A DNA stretch of 64,000 nt from contig CBDATR010000024.1 of NCBI GenBank assembly GCA_965200155.1, forward strand, positions 256,001 to 320,000, in the 5' to 3' direction. Under the pieces are notes generated by a model. It saw only the letters and a program-made list of their open reading frames with translations, was not told the origin of the DNA and did no database searches. Both the position numbers and the translations under genes were made by a program. Positions 55,129-64,000 of this stretch are shown here, piece by piece. Each line of letters begins with the position of its first letter. Position 1 is the first letter of the stretch. Origin of the DNA: Nitrosopumilaceae archaeon (lineage in GTDB: Archaea; Thermoproteota; Nitrososphaeria; Nitrososphaerales; Nitrosopumilaceae).

Positions 55129-56574
55129 TTGGTCAACTGTTTGGGAATGCGAGACGGGCTCACTTTTGATGATGTACTTTTGATACCAAAGTACTCCACC
55201 GTGACTACTAGAAGTCAGACTGACCTTAGTACGAGACTCTCCAGGAACATCCAGATTCGTATACCGTTTATCAGCGCCAATATGGATACAGTCACCGAGT
55301 CCGCCATGGCGGTGGTGATGGCTCGTGCAGGAGCAATTGGCATTATACACCGATTTCTTAGTATACAGGAAGAGGTGAATGAGGTACTGAAGGTTAAGAG
55401 ATCCGGTAGCGTAATGATAGAGAATCCCTATATCATACCCGCTAGCAGCACCATTGGCCAGGCTCGTGAATATGCTGATAACAAGGACGTCTCCGGATTA
55501 CTGGTGATAAACGGGGACAAGGAGCTGGTGGGTATAGTAACTGACAGAGACTTCCTGTTTGAAACCAACGACAATAAACCCATATCCGATATAATGACAA
55601 AGGATGTGGTAAGCACATCTCCCGGCACTTCCATTGATGATGCCAAACACATATTGCATGACAATAGAATAGAAAAGCTACCCATAATAGACGCGGAGCG
55701 TCGTATACGTGGACTGATAACTTCCAAGGACATAACCAACAGGGAAGATTATCCATTGGCATCCAAGGACTCCAAGGGAAGACCCCTGGTGGGCGCAGCT
55801 GTGGGTGTCAAGGGGGACTTTATGGAGCGAACGGAGGCACTATTGGAGGCTGGTGCGGATATTGTGGTGGTTGATATAGCTCATGGACACAGCGAGAATG
55901 CCATAGGCACAGTCAAGAATATCAAAAAGGCGTTTCCCCGGTGTGAACTGATAGCCGGTAACGTAGCTACCGCAGCTGGTGTCAAGGATCTCATAAGTGC
56001 TGGTGTGGACGCAGTGAAGGTCGGTGTAGGATCCGGCTCTATCTGCATAACCCGTGTAATAACCGGTTCCGGCGTTCCCCAGCTTACGGCCGTAATGGAT
56101 TGTGCCAAAGTTGGACGCGATAATGATATCCCCATAATATCTGATGGCGGTACTCGAACATCTGGTGACGCCACCAAGGCCTTGGCCGCTGGCGCATCTG
56201 CGGTGATGCTGGGCAGTATGCTTGGAGGTACCGATGAGTCGCCGGGAACTGTACTGACCAAGAATGGCAAACGCTTCAAGGTATATCGTGGGATGGCCTC
56301 GCTGGCAGCATCCATAGGGCGGACAGCCAAGGAGACCGGTGCAGCGTCATCAGAGTATAATCTCAATGACTATGTAGCCGAGGGTGTGGAGGCCATGGTT
56401 CCATACAAAGGCAGCATCGTGGACATACTGAAGCAGATTACCGGTGGTCTGCGTTCAGGTCTCAGCTACTGTGGCGCCCGCACAATTCCGGAAATGCAAG
56501 ACAATGCAGAGTTTATCCGGATGTCCGGAGCCGGATTTGCAGAGAGCAATCCGCACGATGTCTCTGTCATGTAA
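55129..56574 (+). CDS. guaB: IMP dehydrogenase
   Basis: LTFDDVLL, ANMDTVT, CBS pair, GSGSICIT and YRGMAS. Confidence 0.95.
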   Translation: MVNCLGMRDGLTFDDVLLIPKYSTVTTRSQTDLSTRLSRNIQIRIPFISANMDTVTESAMAVVMARAGAIGIIHRFLSIQEEVNEVLKVKRSGSVMIENPYIIPASSTIGQAREYADNKDVSGLLVINGDKELVGIVTDRDFLFETNDNKPISDIMTKDVVSTSPGTSIDDAKHILHDNRIEKLPIIDAERRIRGLITSKDITNREDYPLASKDSKGRPLVGAAVGVKGDFMERTEALLEAGADIVVVDIAHGHSENAIGTVKNIKKAFPRCELIAGNVATAAGVKDLISAGVDAVKVGVGSGSICITRVITGSGVPQLTAVMDCAKVGRDNDIPIISDGGTRTSGDATKALAAGASAVMLGSMLGGTDESPGTVLTKNGKRFKVYRGMASLAASIGRTAKETGAASSEYNLNDYVAEGVEAMVPYKGSIVDILKQITGGLRSGLSYCGARTIPEMQDNAEFIRMSGAGFAESNPHDVSVM

Positions 56575-56812
56575 TGTTTGTCACTTCCCACTTATTCCTT
56601 TTACAAACTAGTATGTGCTATGTTTTTCATTGGCTGTGCTCCAATCCGGGAGCTCAAACTTGTTCTGTAGGTCATTAACATGAGTGATCGCGGTCATTAT
56701 AGTGATTTGCACGTGGCGAGGATATGCCCCATGCAAGATATGTGCCGGTAGAGTGATTTAATCAATTCTTGGACGCACTATTTTTTAAGGTGAGGGCTGA
56801 ACACAGCACCAT

Positions 56813-57280
56813 ATGACGGGTAAGCTCATTTACGCCGGTATGGCTGCGGGTGCGATCATAATAGGAATAGCTACTGCCTCGTTGATCATGGATTTGACTA
56901 GGGGGCAGTTGGAAATAACTGAGACTTTTGCTGTAGGCGAGTCCACATCATATCAGATAACCGGCGATGCAGATTCTGTTCATACGTTAATAATTACGGC
57001 GGAGAGTTTTGAGATGGAGTTGCAGAGTCCCGGTGACGGCTTTGCTATTCCCAGGTCTGTATTCACCGACTCTTACCGTGTGGAATGGATGCATGAGGAA
57101 TCCGGCCGTACTGCCATTTCTCTACAGAACACGGGCAAGACGGAGATGGTTGTGGAGGGCATGCTGTCGGTGTCTGTTGATCCTATCTTCATGGCATATC
57201 ACGGAGTTGTGATTACATCGGGGGTGCTAATTGTGGGCTTTACTATGGCAATGCGGCTAAGAAAGCCCCGTGGATTTTAG
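56813..57280 (+). CDS. Hypothetical membrane-anchored protein
   Basis: N- and C-terminal transmembrane segments. Confidence 0.7.
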   Translation: MTGKLIYAGMAAGAIIIGIATASLIMDLTRGQLEITETFAVGESTSYQITGDADSVHTLIITAESFEMELQSPGDGFAIPRSVFTDSYRVEWMHEESGRTAISLQNTGKTEMVVEGMLSVSVDPIFMAYHGVVITSGVLIVGFTMAMRLRKPRGF

Positions 57281-57823
57281 CAGACTGGATAAAAAGTCAG
57301 TATCGCCGAACCGGCTGGAGAGCTTTCTCTCATCAATCCAGGAACAATCAGTACATTTTATGACATCCCGTATGGGCACTACACGTCCGCCACACTTTAC
57401 GCATTTTGTAAGTACTACGCCCAGCGTTGGCTCATCCATGACTGCATGTATTGTTCCATTCAGGTGGCTCGCTATGCGCAGTATAATTACATCATTCACC
57501 AGTGCAACGTTCTTGAGCCGAAGGTTTCGTATGGAGCATATGCATTCTACATTAGACTTGGTGCGATTGCCGTTAACGTACTGAATTGATACTGCCATCA
57601 TGGTAGTCATTACCGCAGCAACCGTACCTATGATGATGTCGCCGGGATCCGGTACACCTATGTCTGTACGCCGTTTTATGTTTGCAATACGGCTTGTGTT
57701 GTCTACGATGGTGTCTCCTATCACTGTAGCGCGCACTACATCGCCATCATCAAAGGCATTCTCACCGGCTTCGTACTCTTCTATGGCCGCTATCCTGTCG
57801 CCTGGGAGAACATTCCATGACAT
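57257..57823 (-). CDS. csl4: Exosome complex RNA-binding protein Csl4
   Basis: VLPGD..EEY, S1 domain, C-terminal Zn ribbon and ERKLS. Confidence 0.9.
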   Translation of the reverse strand: MSWNVLPGDRIAAIEEYEAGENAFDDGDVVRATVIGDTIVDNTSRIANIKRRTDIGVPDPGDIIIGTVAAVMTTMMAVSIQYVNGNRTKSNVECICSIRNLRLKNVALVNDVIILRIASHLNGTIHAVMDEPTLGVVLTKCVKCGGRVVPIRDVIKCTDCSWIDERKLSSRFGDTDFLSSLLKSTGLS

Positions 57824-58099
57824 GGCGCGTCGTCACCAGATGGAATTATAACTCTTTGCTGACCATTGTGGTAGACGTTTGGGTCTACTTGTGCATATCT
57901 TGCGCTTTCTCTTGTTACCGGTCTGCTCCATACCATTAATGGGATAATGTGAATCTTGAGTGACAGATGCTCATATTGAGATGCTGCGAGAACCCGGGTA
58001 CATTTGAACCTATTATGTTTTGGCTGAGCTCGTTACGTATGTGCCGGATTGGAGGGCATGATCAAGCCCAGACTAGTAAAATTAAAGAAAAATTATGGT

Positions 58100-58663
58100 C
58101 TAGGGGATTGCCCTGCTGTACAGTTTGCCTTCTAGGGCCATCTTGTACATCTCAGCGACGTATGGATTCTCACCAGGAGTCTCCGCGCCGAGCTCTACGA
58201 GTCGAGCATATACCCGGACTACGTAGGCCAAGGCACCCATAAATGCCACGACTACACCCATGTTGAACATCCAGTGGTTCGGTACGGCGAATATCTCCTC
58301 TACGAACCAGAAGTGCCACATCTCGTTGACGCCTATAGTGAACATGGTTGCAAGATAACCTAGTATGGTCATCTTTAGACCAGTGTTCATTGAGTTGTTC
58401 GGGCCTCTGAGAACTGGAACTCTTCTGTCATAGATAGCCGCAGCACCCCAACCTAGCGGTAATGCTACAAAGTGGCTGTATAGCCACCAGTGGGCTGGTG
58501 TGAACGCACTATCTCTTATGGATGTCTGGTGCAGTGAACCGTCGACGAAGTTGTCTACCTCGACGGACGCGGCAGTTGATCCCATAGCGATGACGATAAG
58601 CCAGATCTTTTTGAGTCTCTGGATCTCCACCTCTTTTGGGATGAGTGCTGGCATCTGTGCCAT
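58100..58663 (-). CDS. amoC: Ammonia monooxygenase subunit C
   Basis: MAQMPALIPKEVEIQRLKK, DGSLHQTSIRDSAFTPAH and NEMWHFWFVEE. Confidence 0.98.
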   Translation of the reverse strand: MAQMPALIPKEVEIQRLKKIWLIVIAMGSTAASVEVDNFVDGSLHQTSIRDSAFTPAHWWLYSHFVALPLGWGAAAIYDRRVPVLRGPNNSMNTGLKMTILGYLATMFTIGVNEMWHFWFVEEIFAVPNHWMFNMGVVVAFMGALAYVVRVYARLVELGAETPGENPYVAEMYKMALEGKLYSRAIP

Positions 58664-58685
58664 GTCTAACCTAATCTTTGATTCC

Positions 58686-58700
58686 ATATAAAGAGAGTTG
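58686..58700 (-). promoter_or_regulatory. Putative TATA box for a leaderless amoC transcript
   Basis: tttata on the minus strand about 25-30 bp upstream of ATG 58663. Confidence 0.55.
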
Positions 58701-58918
58701 TTTTTGTTTGTAATAGTTTTGTATATTTGTTTGTCTACTTGTTAATATTTAGATAATATTTTTAGCCACTATGTCTTGTTTTTTATAATTTTTTTACTAA
58801 ATTTTTTCCTGTCTTCATTGCTAAGCAATAATGATAATCATGAACCTAATGATTATACAAACCAAACACTATTTTGTATAATTAAAATGAAAAATAGGTT
58901 ACAGAAGGTATCTTCCTT

Positions 58919-59281
58919 CTAGTGTCCCACAAACAATACAATTAGTATTGTTCCGACCGCGGTACCGGCAACACATGCCGCAACCACTCCGTTACTATTC
59001 TTGTTAGAGCCTTCCTGCATTACTTTAACGCAAAATATGTAGCCTATGGCCTCAATGATGGTCAGCACTATGAATGCAAAATGGCCACTGGGTGTCGGAT
59101 ATGCCCAAGGATAGTAGAAGTATCCTGCAGCAGTACCGCCAAAGGTTGCTAGCCACGCCGCAAGATATGATGCGGTTATCAATCCTGTCATATTTTCGAC
59201 GCGCTTGCCGATCATACGCTCTACATCAGCGCTACTTGATCCGCCGCCACCGCCGGAGCCAAATCCTTTTGGTAGTGTCAT
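58919..59281 (-). CDS. amoX: Ammonia monooxygenase subunit X
   Basis: MTLPKGFGSGGGG...GYFYYPWAYPT membrane protein adjacent to amoC. Confidence 0.88.
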   Translation of the reverse strand: MTLPKGFGSGGGGGSSSADVERMIGKRVENMTGLITASYLAAWLATFGGTAAGYFYYPWAYPTPSGHFAFIVLTIIEAIGYIFCVKVMQEGSNKNSNGVVAACVAGTAVGTILIVLFVGH

Positions 59282-59482
59282 GTGAGTATTGTCATCTTTA
59301 GAATACTTTTAAGTCTTTCTTGGTGATAACAAACTTGCCACTATCCGGGAGATACGTACAGGTATGAGTTCACGTCTTCCGGAATCTTATGCACAAATCA
59401 CATTAACTAGACCTTATGCGCATGATTGACAGGAATAGCCCATGTTGCTTCAAACTGGGGTGTATTTTATGGCACACAATCA

Positions 59483-59574
59483 GTATGAGTTCACCTGTGT
59501 CTAAATTTACGCATAACTGATCGCGACAGTTAATGTGATTTGTGCATAAGATTCCGGAAGACGTGAACTCATAC
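59483..59574 (-). mobile_element. 92-bp MITE copy 11, in the IS5 3' non-coding region
   Basis: TSD cacaatca; empty site in IS5 copy 1 near 40636. Confidence 0.96.
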
Positions 59575-59766
59575 CACAATCAGTCAAGCATGAACAATGT
59601 GAATGGCACCTGCCAGCACTAACGTATGCCGTGATTACAAATGTCGTGTAGTGGGGTGACCGGATCTTGATGACGTATATCATGAGTGAGCTAAATGGTT
59701 ACCACAAAACCCATTAATTTAGTGGATTTTCTGATGAGTAATATTCGAATTATAATAACACGGAAA

Positions 59767-61005
59767 TTATGGACAGATATTTTTCAAGAATTTCTTGTAC
59801 CTGGTATGCTTGTGCATAATGTGTAAATTATGCAACCCGGATACTACGAGTAGATCTTCCCGGAATTCCTCACGACTGCCATCATATACCTGACTTAATC
59901 TACGATATACCTTTAGCATTCGAATTACATTCTCGATTAATATGCGCCTTTTTGATACATATTGGTTGTATTTCCTTTCAGTTTTAGTGAGTGATTCCCT
60001 ACCCCTGTATGGAATCATGACCTTTGCGCCGGGTAGGAAGTCTTTCATACCCTGGTATCCTGCATCTGCTATTACTGTTATCTTCTCAGATGGCAGCGTG
60101 GTTGATTCTTTTAGGGACTTGCCCCATTTGCCACCGAGGGGAATATCATTCTTGAATATACCATAATCGTGTCTTTTTCCCTCATATACTCCACTTACGT
60201 GAATTATCAGTCTTTTCTTGTTTGATGTTATCTGTACGTTATACGTGTGGGTTTTTTGTTTACCAGAGTACATTGCCTCCTGATTTTTTTCAGGACGTTG
60301 TACACGTACATGTGTCCCGTCAGTCTTTATCTCCCCTCCGGCTCGGCCTGGAACAATTTCCTTAAAGTCCGATGCTGACTTGATTTGCGATATTGCTTTT
60401 GCAACGGTATCGGCCGTTGGGAGTATCTTGATCAGTCCCTGCTTTGTAAACTGGATGTAACGGCATATGTTTGACTGGTTTATCTTGAGTATTGCAGCAA
60501 GAAGCTCCTGCTTTGTGTTGCAGCGCAGGCGTATCAGTGTAACTAAGAGTACATGCCTGACCGGAAATTTGTTCACATGGCCGCGATCATTTGTAAGTTC
60601 TAAGAATCGCCGTGCATCATCGCCTTCCAGGGACTCTACGTATTCTGTGAATCTGGTTAGTATCCATTTGAACTCTTCCGGAGTGCATCCGGTCAGGGAA
60701 TGAAGCTGATCCTTGCGTTCTATGATGTCATCAAGATTTGAAACAAGGGAATTCTTTGTTTGAGCTTCAAGTTTGGCGTGCAGGCTGTCATTTTTCCCAC
60801 GTAAACTGTCAACTTTTCCACGCAGGTTTGTTACTTCGGCCTCAGACTCGGTGCGTAGCCGGTAGTACTCTGTGACTAACTGCTCCCTGGTGAGTTCTTC
60901 TGCTTTTAGCATACCTGGTATTACAAAATTAGGTCTTAACTTTTCTGTTTCACACGAGTCTGTGGGAAAACCCATGATACTAGGTCGATTGTTCGTATCT
61001 AACAA
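59767..61005 (-). CDS. IS5-family transposase (coiled coil + HTH_Tnp_4 + DDE_Tnp_4)
   Basis: TDGTH, YSGK.K.H, HD, ADAGYQG and R..IE catalytic pattern; start codon uncertain. Confidence 0.9.
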   Translation of the reverse strand: MLDTNNRPSIMGFPTDSCETEKLRPNFVIPGMLKAEELTREQLVTEYYRLRTESEAEVTNLRGKVDSLRGKNDSLHAKLEAQTKNSLVSNLDDIIERKDQLHSLTGCTPEEFKWILTRFTEYVESLEGDDARRFLELTNDRGHVNKFPVRHVLLVTLIRLRCNTKQELLAAILKINQSNICRYIQFTKQGLIKILPTADTVAKAISQIKSASDFKEIVPGRAGGEIKTDGTHVRVQRPEKNQEAMYSGKQKTHTYNVQITSNKKRLIIHVSGVYEGKRHDYGIFKNDIPLGGKWGKSLKESTTLPSEKITVIADAGYQGMKDFLPGAKVMIPYRGRESLTKTERKYNQYVSKRRILIENVIRMLKVYRRLSQVYDGSREEFREDLLVVSGLHNLHIMHKHTRYKKFLKNICP

Positions 61006-61157
61006 CTTGGTTTAGACGTGCAGGGTGGGAGAAGTGATTCTGCGCATACGGTCTACTGTCGCGATCAGTTGTGCGTAAATTTAGACACAGGTGAACTCAT
61101 ACACGTACAGTGCCATGCAGTGCTGTTGACAATTTTTGTGATGTATGAGTGGCGTAT

Positions 61158-62603
61158 CTATTGATACTGCTTGAGGAGCGTATTTGACTCATCAAGTGTA
61201 TGATGCAACTCCTTGCGCCAGTTATCAAATCCTGTAGGTGAATCGGGAAAATTACGATAGTGTGCAGTGAGCTTTTTGTTCTGCTTGGTAGTAAAGCGAA
61301 GTCCGCTGGCAAGCTTCTTGTTTAGCGCACCTCGTATAAGCATGCCAAGTTTTGTCAGAGAACCAAAGTCCGGATGCTCGCCCTTGGAGATGGCATCTAC
61401 ATCCAGATTTCCCAGAAAATGCTTCATTCCATAGTTTATCTGGTCGTTGGTTAGCGTTTGTATGAGTCGACGGAATATTTCTAGTCCTGCGGTCTTGTAT
61501 CCGTACTCGTCTATGAACTCTTTATTGTACTTCCAGAGCCCTGCCTCTGTGGTATCTCCTGATTCCAATGAGTGCGCTATGCACTTTCCGGCTATACTTC
61601 CTGCTACAAGCGCTGGCCCAATTCCACCTGCATCCAATGGCTTGGGCATCCATGCTGAGTCACCCACCATGATATAGCCCCCGGACACAAGACAATCATT
61701 TTGGCGGCGCACCGATACCTGGAAGTTTCCTGTTGCATTATTTGCGTCTTGGGGATCCGTGGACAGCGTGGGATTTTTGATGGCCCTGTTGCGTTTAACA
61801 TATTCCTCAATCAGTGTGCTGACATTGTCTGCCTTGTGCAAGCGACTGTTGCGCGCAGCCAGCAGGGTCTTTTCCACGCCCAATCCTATGTTTACCTTAT
61901 CCTCGCTCTTGGGAAATACCCAACCGTATCCACCGGGGGCTATGTCCTGGTCTAGGTGTATGATGCAGTAGTCCGGATCAAACTCGGTGGTGTCCTGCTC
62001 GCCGGGCTCAAAGTACATTATGTGCCTGCCTGTGGATTCCACATCCCTACGATCCACCTTTCTCTCTATCTTGTCGGTATTTTTTATCTGGTTGCGCAGC
62101 ATGGATGTTATGCCCGTGGCGTCTATCACTACGTGGCAGGTCTTTTTGTAGGGATTCTTCTCCCCATCAACTCCCATCACTCCTGTTACTTGATTATTTT
62201 CGTATACTAGTCCTGTAAGGTTGACTTTGTAGTCGAATTGTATCCCCATATCCAGGCATCTCTGGTTCTGTCTCTCGGGAAGGATCTGGCGATTGAGCAT
62301 ATATCCGTCCCCGTCAAACGGAATTGCTGTTTCCCTGTCTGGAGAGAACGCCATTACGCCCTTCACCTTGTGCTCTATCTCCGGTTCGCTCCACGATACT
62401 CCGGTATACTCTGTCATATAGTCTACCGCCTCCTTGCTTACGGCATCTCCACATATCCAACCACTGGTACTCTTGCGGCCAGGCATAATGGGGGGGCTAC
62501 GGTCCACTACCAGTATACTGGCACCCTTGGCATAATGGGAAACCGACTGAGCAGCCACGGTCCCTGCCAGTCCTCCACCGGCTACTATAACATCATAGTC
62601 CAT
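61158..62603 (-). CDS. Geranylgeranyl reductase family FAD oxidoreductase
   Basis: GGGLAG, CGDA, DATG, PGGYGWVFPK and VGDSA..P.P...GGI. Confidence 0.9.
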   Translation of the reverse strand: MDYDVIVAGGGLAGTVAAQSVSHYAKGASILVVDRSPPIMPGRKSTSGWICGDAVSKEAVDYMTEYTGVSWSEPEIEHKVKGVMAFSPDRETAIPFDGDGYMLNRQILPERQNQRCLDMGIQFDYKVNLTGLVYENNQVTGVMGVDGEKNPYKKTCHVVIDATGITSMLRNQIKNTDKIERKVDRRDVESTGRHIMYFEPGEQDTTEFDPDYCIIHLDQDIAPGGYGWVFPKSEDKVNIGLGVEKTLLAARNSRLHKADNVSTLIEEYVKRNRAIKNPTLSTDPQDANNATGNFQVSVRRQNDCLVSGGYIMVGDSAWMPKPLDAGGIGPALVAGSIAGKCIAHSLESGDTTEAGLWKYNKEFIDEYGYKTAGLEIFRRLIQTLTNDQINYGMKHFLGNLDVDAISKGEHPDFGSLTKLGMLIRGALNKKLASGLRFTTKQNKKLTAHYRNFPDSPTGFDNWRKELHHTLDESNTLLKQYQ

Positions 62604-62738
62604 TATGTGATTATCTTTTTAGTTTCTATTTAAAACAACTGTGTTTGGGTCGGTTCGTCGCGGGGTCATCAACGCAATGCTCAGACTGGAGCGGCTACTG
62701 TCTCCTCATTCCCGTGATTTGTTGTAATGCGTGGTTAT

Positions 62739-63155
62739 TTAATGCAGATCCATCATGTCTGTCAGCGCAGACTGGAGCGGCTGTCCGTGTGTTTGAATAC
62801 CTATCTTTATGCGCACCGCGTCGCCCTCCTGCAGCACCGCTGAACCTGATACCAACTCCTGCTTGCCCAGTCGTATGTATGTAGTGGAGCCGTCTGTTCT
62901 TTCATGTAACGTGTCCATTAATATCTGGCACTGCTCTCCTGATAGGGCCCTTCCCAGTCTGTTCAGGAACGTCTTGGCAAGTTTGCCCCGCATGGATGTC
63001 CCAATGACAACTATCCTGTTACGGTAATGCCCCTCGAGCTCCTTGCTCTCCCACATATCCTTGTCCATGCCCAGTACGTCATTCATGGCCTGAATGATCT
63101 TTGCATGATCCTCGGTGGCATGCATAATGGTATCCACCCGAACGTTTACAATCAC
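62739..63155 (-). CDS. Archaeal RNA-binding protein (DUF54-like)
   Basis: HATED..K, GHY.N.I and RLGKQ motifs; follows rps3ae. Confidence 0.8.
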   Translation of the reverse strand: MIVNVRVDTIMHATEDHAKIIQAMNDVLGMDKDMWESKELEGHYRNRIVVIGTSMRGKLAKTFLNRLGRALSGEQCQILMDTLHERTDGSTTYIRLGKQELVSGSAVLQEGDAVRIKIGIQTHGQPLQSALTDMMDLH

Positions 63156-63158
63156 GTA

Positions 63159-63770
63159 CTATGCCTCTAGCATCGCTATACGCTTCTCTGCGGTGCGCAC
63201 CAGCTTTACCTTCTCAAGACCTACGTGTCTTAGTCTGCTGAGTTTTTTACCCTCTGACAGTATGCTGGCGTGTATGTCACCATAGCAGGTTTTCTGCACA
63301 AACTGGTGTATGTCCAGCTCCGGTACGTCTCTTCTTATAATATTGCGTGCCGCCAATCGCAGTGCATGTTTTTTGGAACTGTTGAGCTGTTGATGGGTCA
63401 GCGCTATCACGTTTATGCGAAAGACGTATCCGTCCTTGGTCTCCGCGTCCATGATGAAGTTTACCTTTGAGGAACCCCGTCGTACCAGACTCTTGAGATA
63501 CTCCTTGGAGTACTCGTATCTCTTGAATATGGTGTATGCAGTGTCTCCTTCTATACGCTCTATCTGGAAATAGAGCTTTATGTTATATTGTGATGTATCT
63601 CCCTTGAGAATGTCGTGCAAAGTGGTTTCCACTACGCGTCCTTTGGCTACCTCATCATTGGTTATGGGTATGTGTGCCAAACGTATGAACTTCATTGATT
63701 CCGGAGCTACCACGTTGACCCAGCGCTTGTCTCTCCACTTGTCCCGCGTGCGTACCTTTCTACGTGCCAA
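63159..63770 (-). CDS. rps3ae: 30S ribosomal protein S3Ae (eS1)
   Basis: DKW..K.W..V.AP, GRVVETTL.D and SLVRRGSSKV. Confidence 0.93.
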   Translation of the reverse strand: MARRKVRTRDKWRDKRWVNVVAPESMKFIRLAHIPITNDEVAKGRVVETTLHDILKGDTSQYNIKLYFQIERIEGDTAYTIFKRYEYSKEYLKSLVRRGSSKVNFIMDAETKDGYVFRINVIALTHQQLNSSKKHALRLAARNIIRRDVPELDIHQFVQKTCYGDIHASILSEGKKLSRLRHVGLEKVKLVRTAEKRIAMLEA

Positions 63771-64000
63771 TTACACATGGCAGTTAAGCCCAAAATATAA
63801 GGGTAAGCAGTTATCTGTGAGAACCATTTAGTGTATAGATTTGCATCATTGACGCGCTTCCATCATACGCATTATCGTGACGTGAACACTCGTTTGTATC
63901 TGCGCTTGTGGGTCGCGCCAGTTGGTTCCAATTAAGAGGGAGAAACTAGATTGTACTACAACCGGTATATTTTTGAAGCCTGTCGGGAATTGTGATGTGA

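Larger units (their letters stand above)
59409..61054 (-). mobile_element. IS5-family element copy 2 (intact transposase)
   Basis: Same 14-bp TIR as copy 1; TSD act; 1546 bp after removing the internal MITE. Confidence 0.93.
59362..61102 (+). mobile_element. MITE copy 10, split by an IS5 insertion (halves 59362-59408 and 61055-61102)
   Basis: Outer TSD acgtacag at 59354-59361 and 61103-61110; the halves rejoin to the 92-bp consensus after removing the IS and one ACT. Confidence 0.95.

Noticed and set aside
62679-62783. 15-17 bp direct repeat cagactggagcggct, 86 bp apart, as a third repeat-insert-repeat event
   Set aside because: Too short and degenerate, wrong period, and no shared core motif.

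Overview
Chromosomal window of an ammonia-oxidising archaeon (Nitrosopumilaceae-like; shown by amoC/amoX, PEFG-CTERM proteins, cdvC and archaeal information genes; a host-associated lineage is possible but not shown). The backbone is ordinary: larB, mdh, scpB, larC-larE-iscS, cdvC, trmB, citrate synthase, uvrBAC, fen1, tRNA-Ser(CGA), a his operon, thrC with a ThiS/ThiF fusion, guaB, csl4, amoC-amoX, geranylgeranyl reductase and rps3ae. Over it lies a dense, nested layer of mobile DNA. (1) A 92-101 bp MITE with GTATGAGTTCAC inverted ends and 8-bp target duplications is present in 11 recognisable copies, plus a remnant of its probable IS66 parent. (2) There are two near-identical 1546-bp IS5-family elements with 3-bp duplications. 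(3) There are IS481 and IS903-like remnants. (4) TnpB pseudogenes are bounded by 22-bp terminal inverted repeats and mostly TA flanks (IS630-like), not IS200/IS605 hairpin ends. The most unusual signal is two independent isolated repeat-insert-repeat events: 36-37 bp of target duplicated around a foreign 35-36 bp insert, which is CRISPR-adaptation geometry outside any array. The two inserts share a TTGGYGCAYSATTCCA core, and for one event the empty allele is present in the same window. A 19-bp hairpin micro-insertion with a 5-bp duplication and a compensatory base-pair change was also found. Coordinates were counted by eye, and protein calls rest on motif recognition, not database searches.
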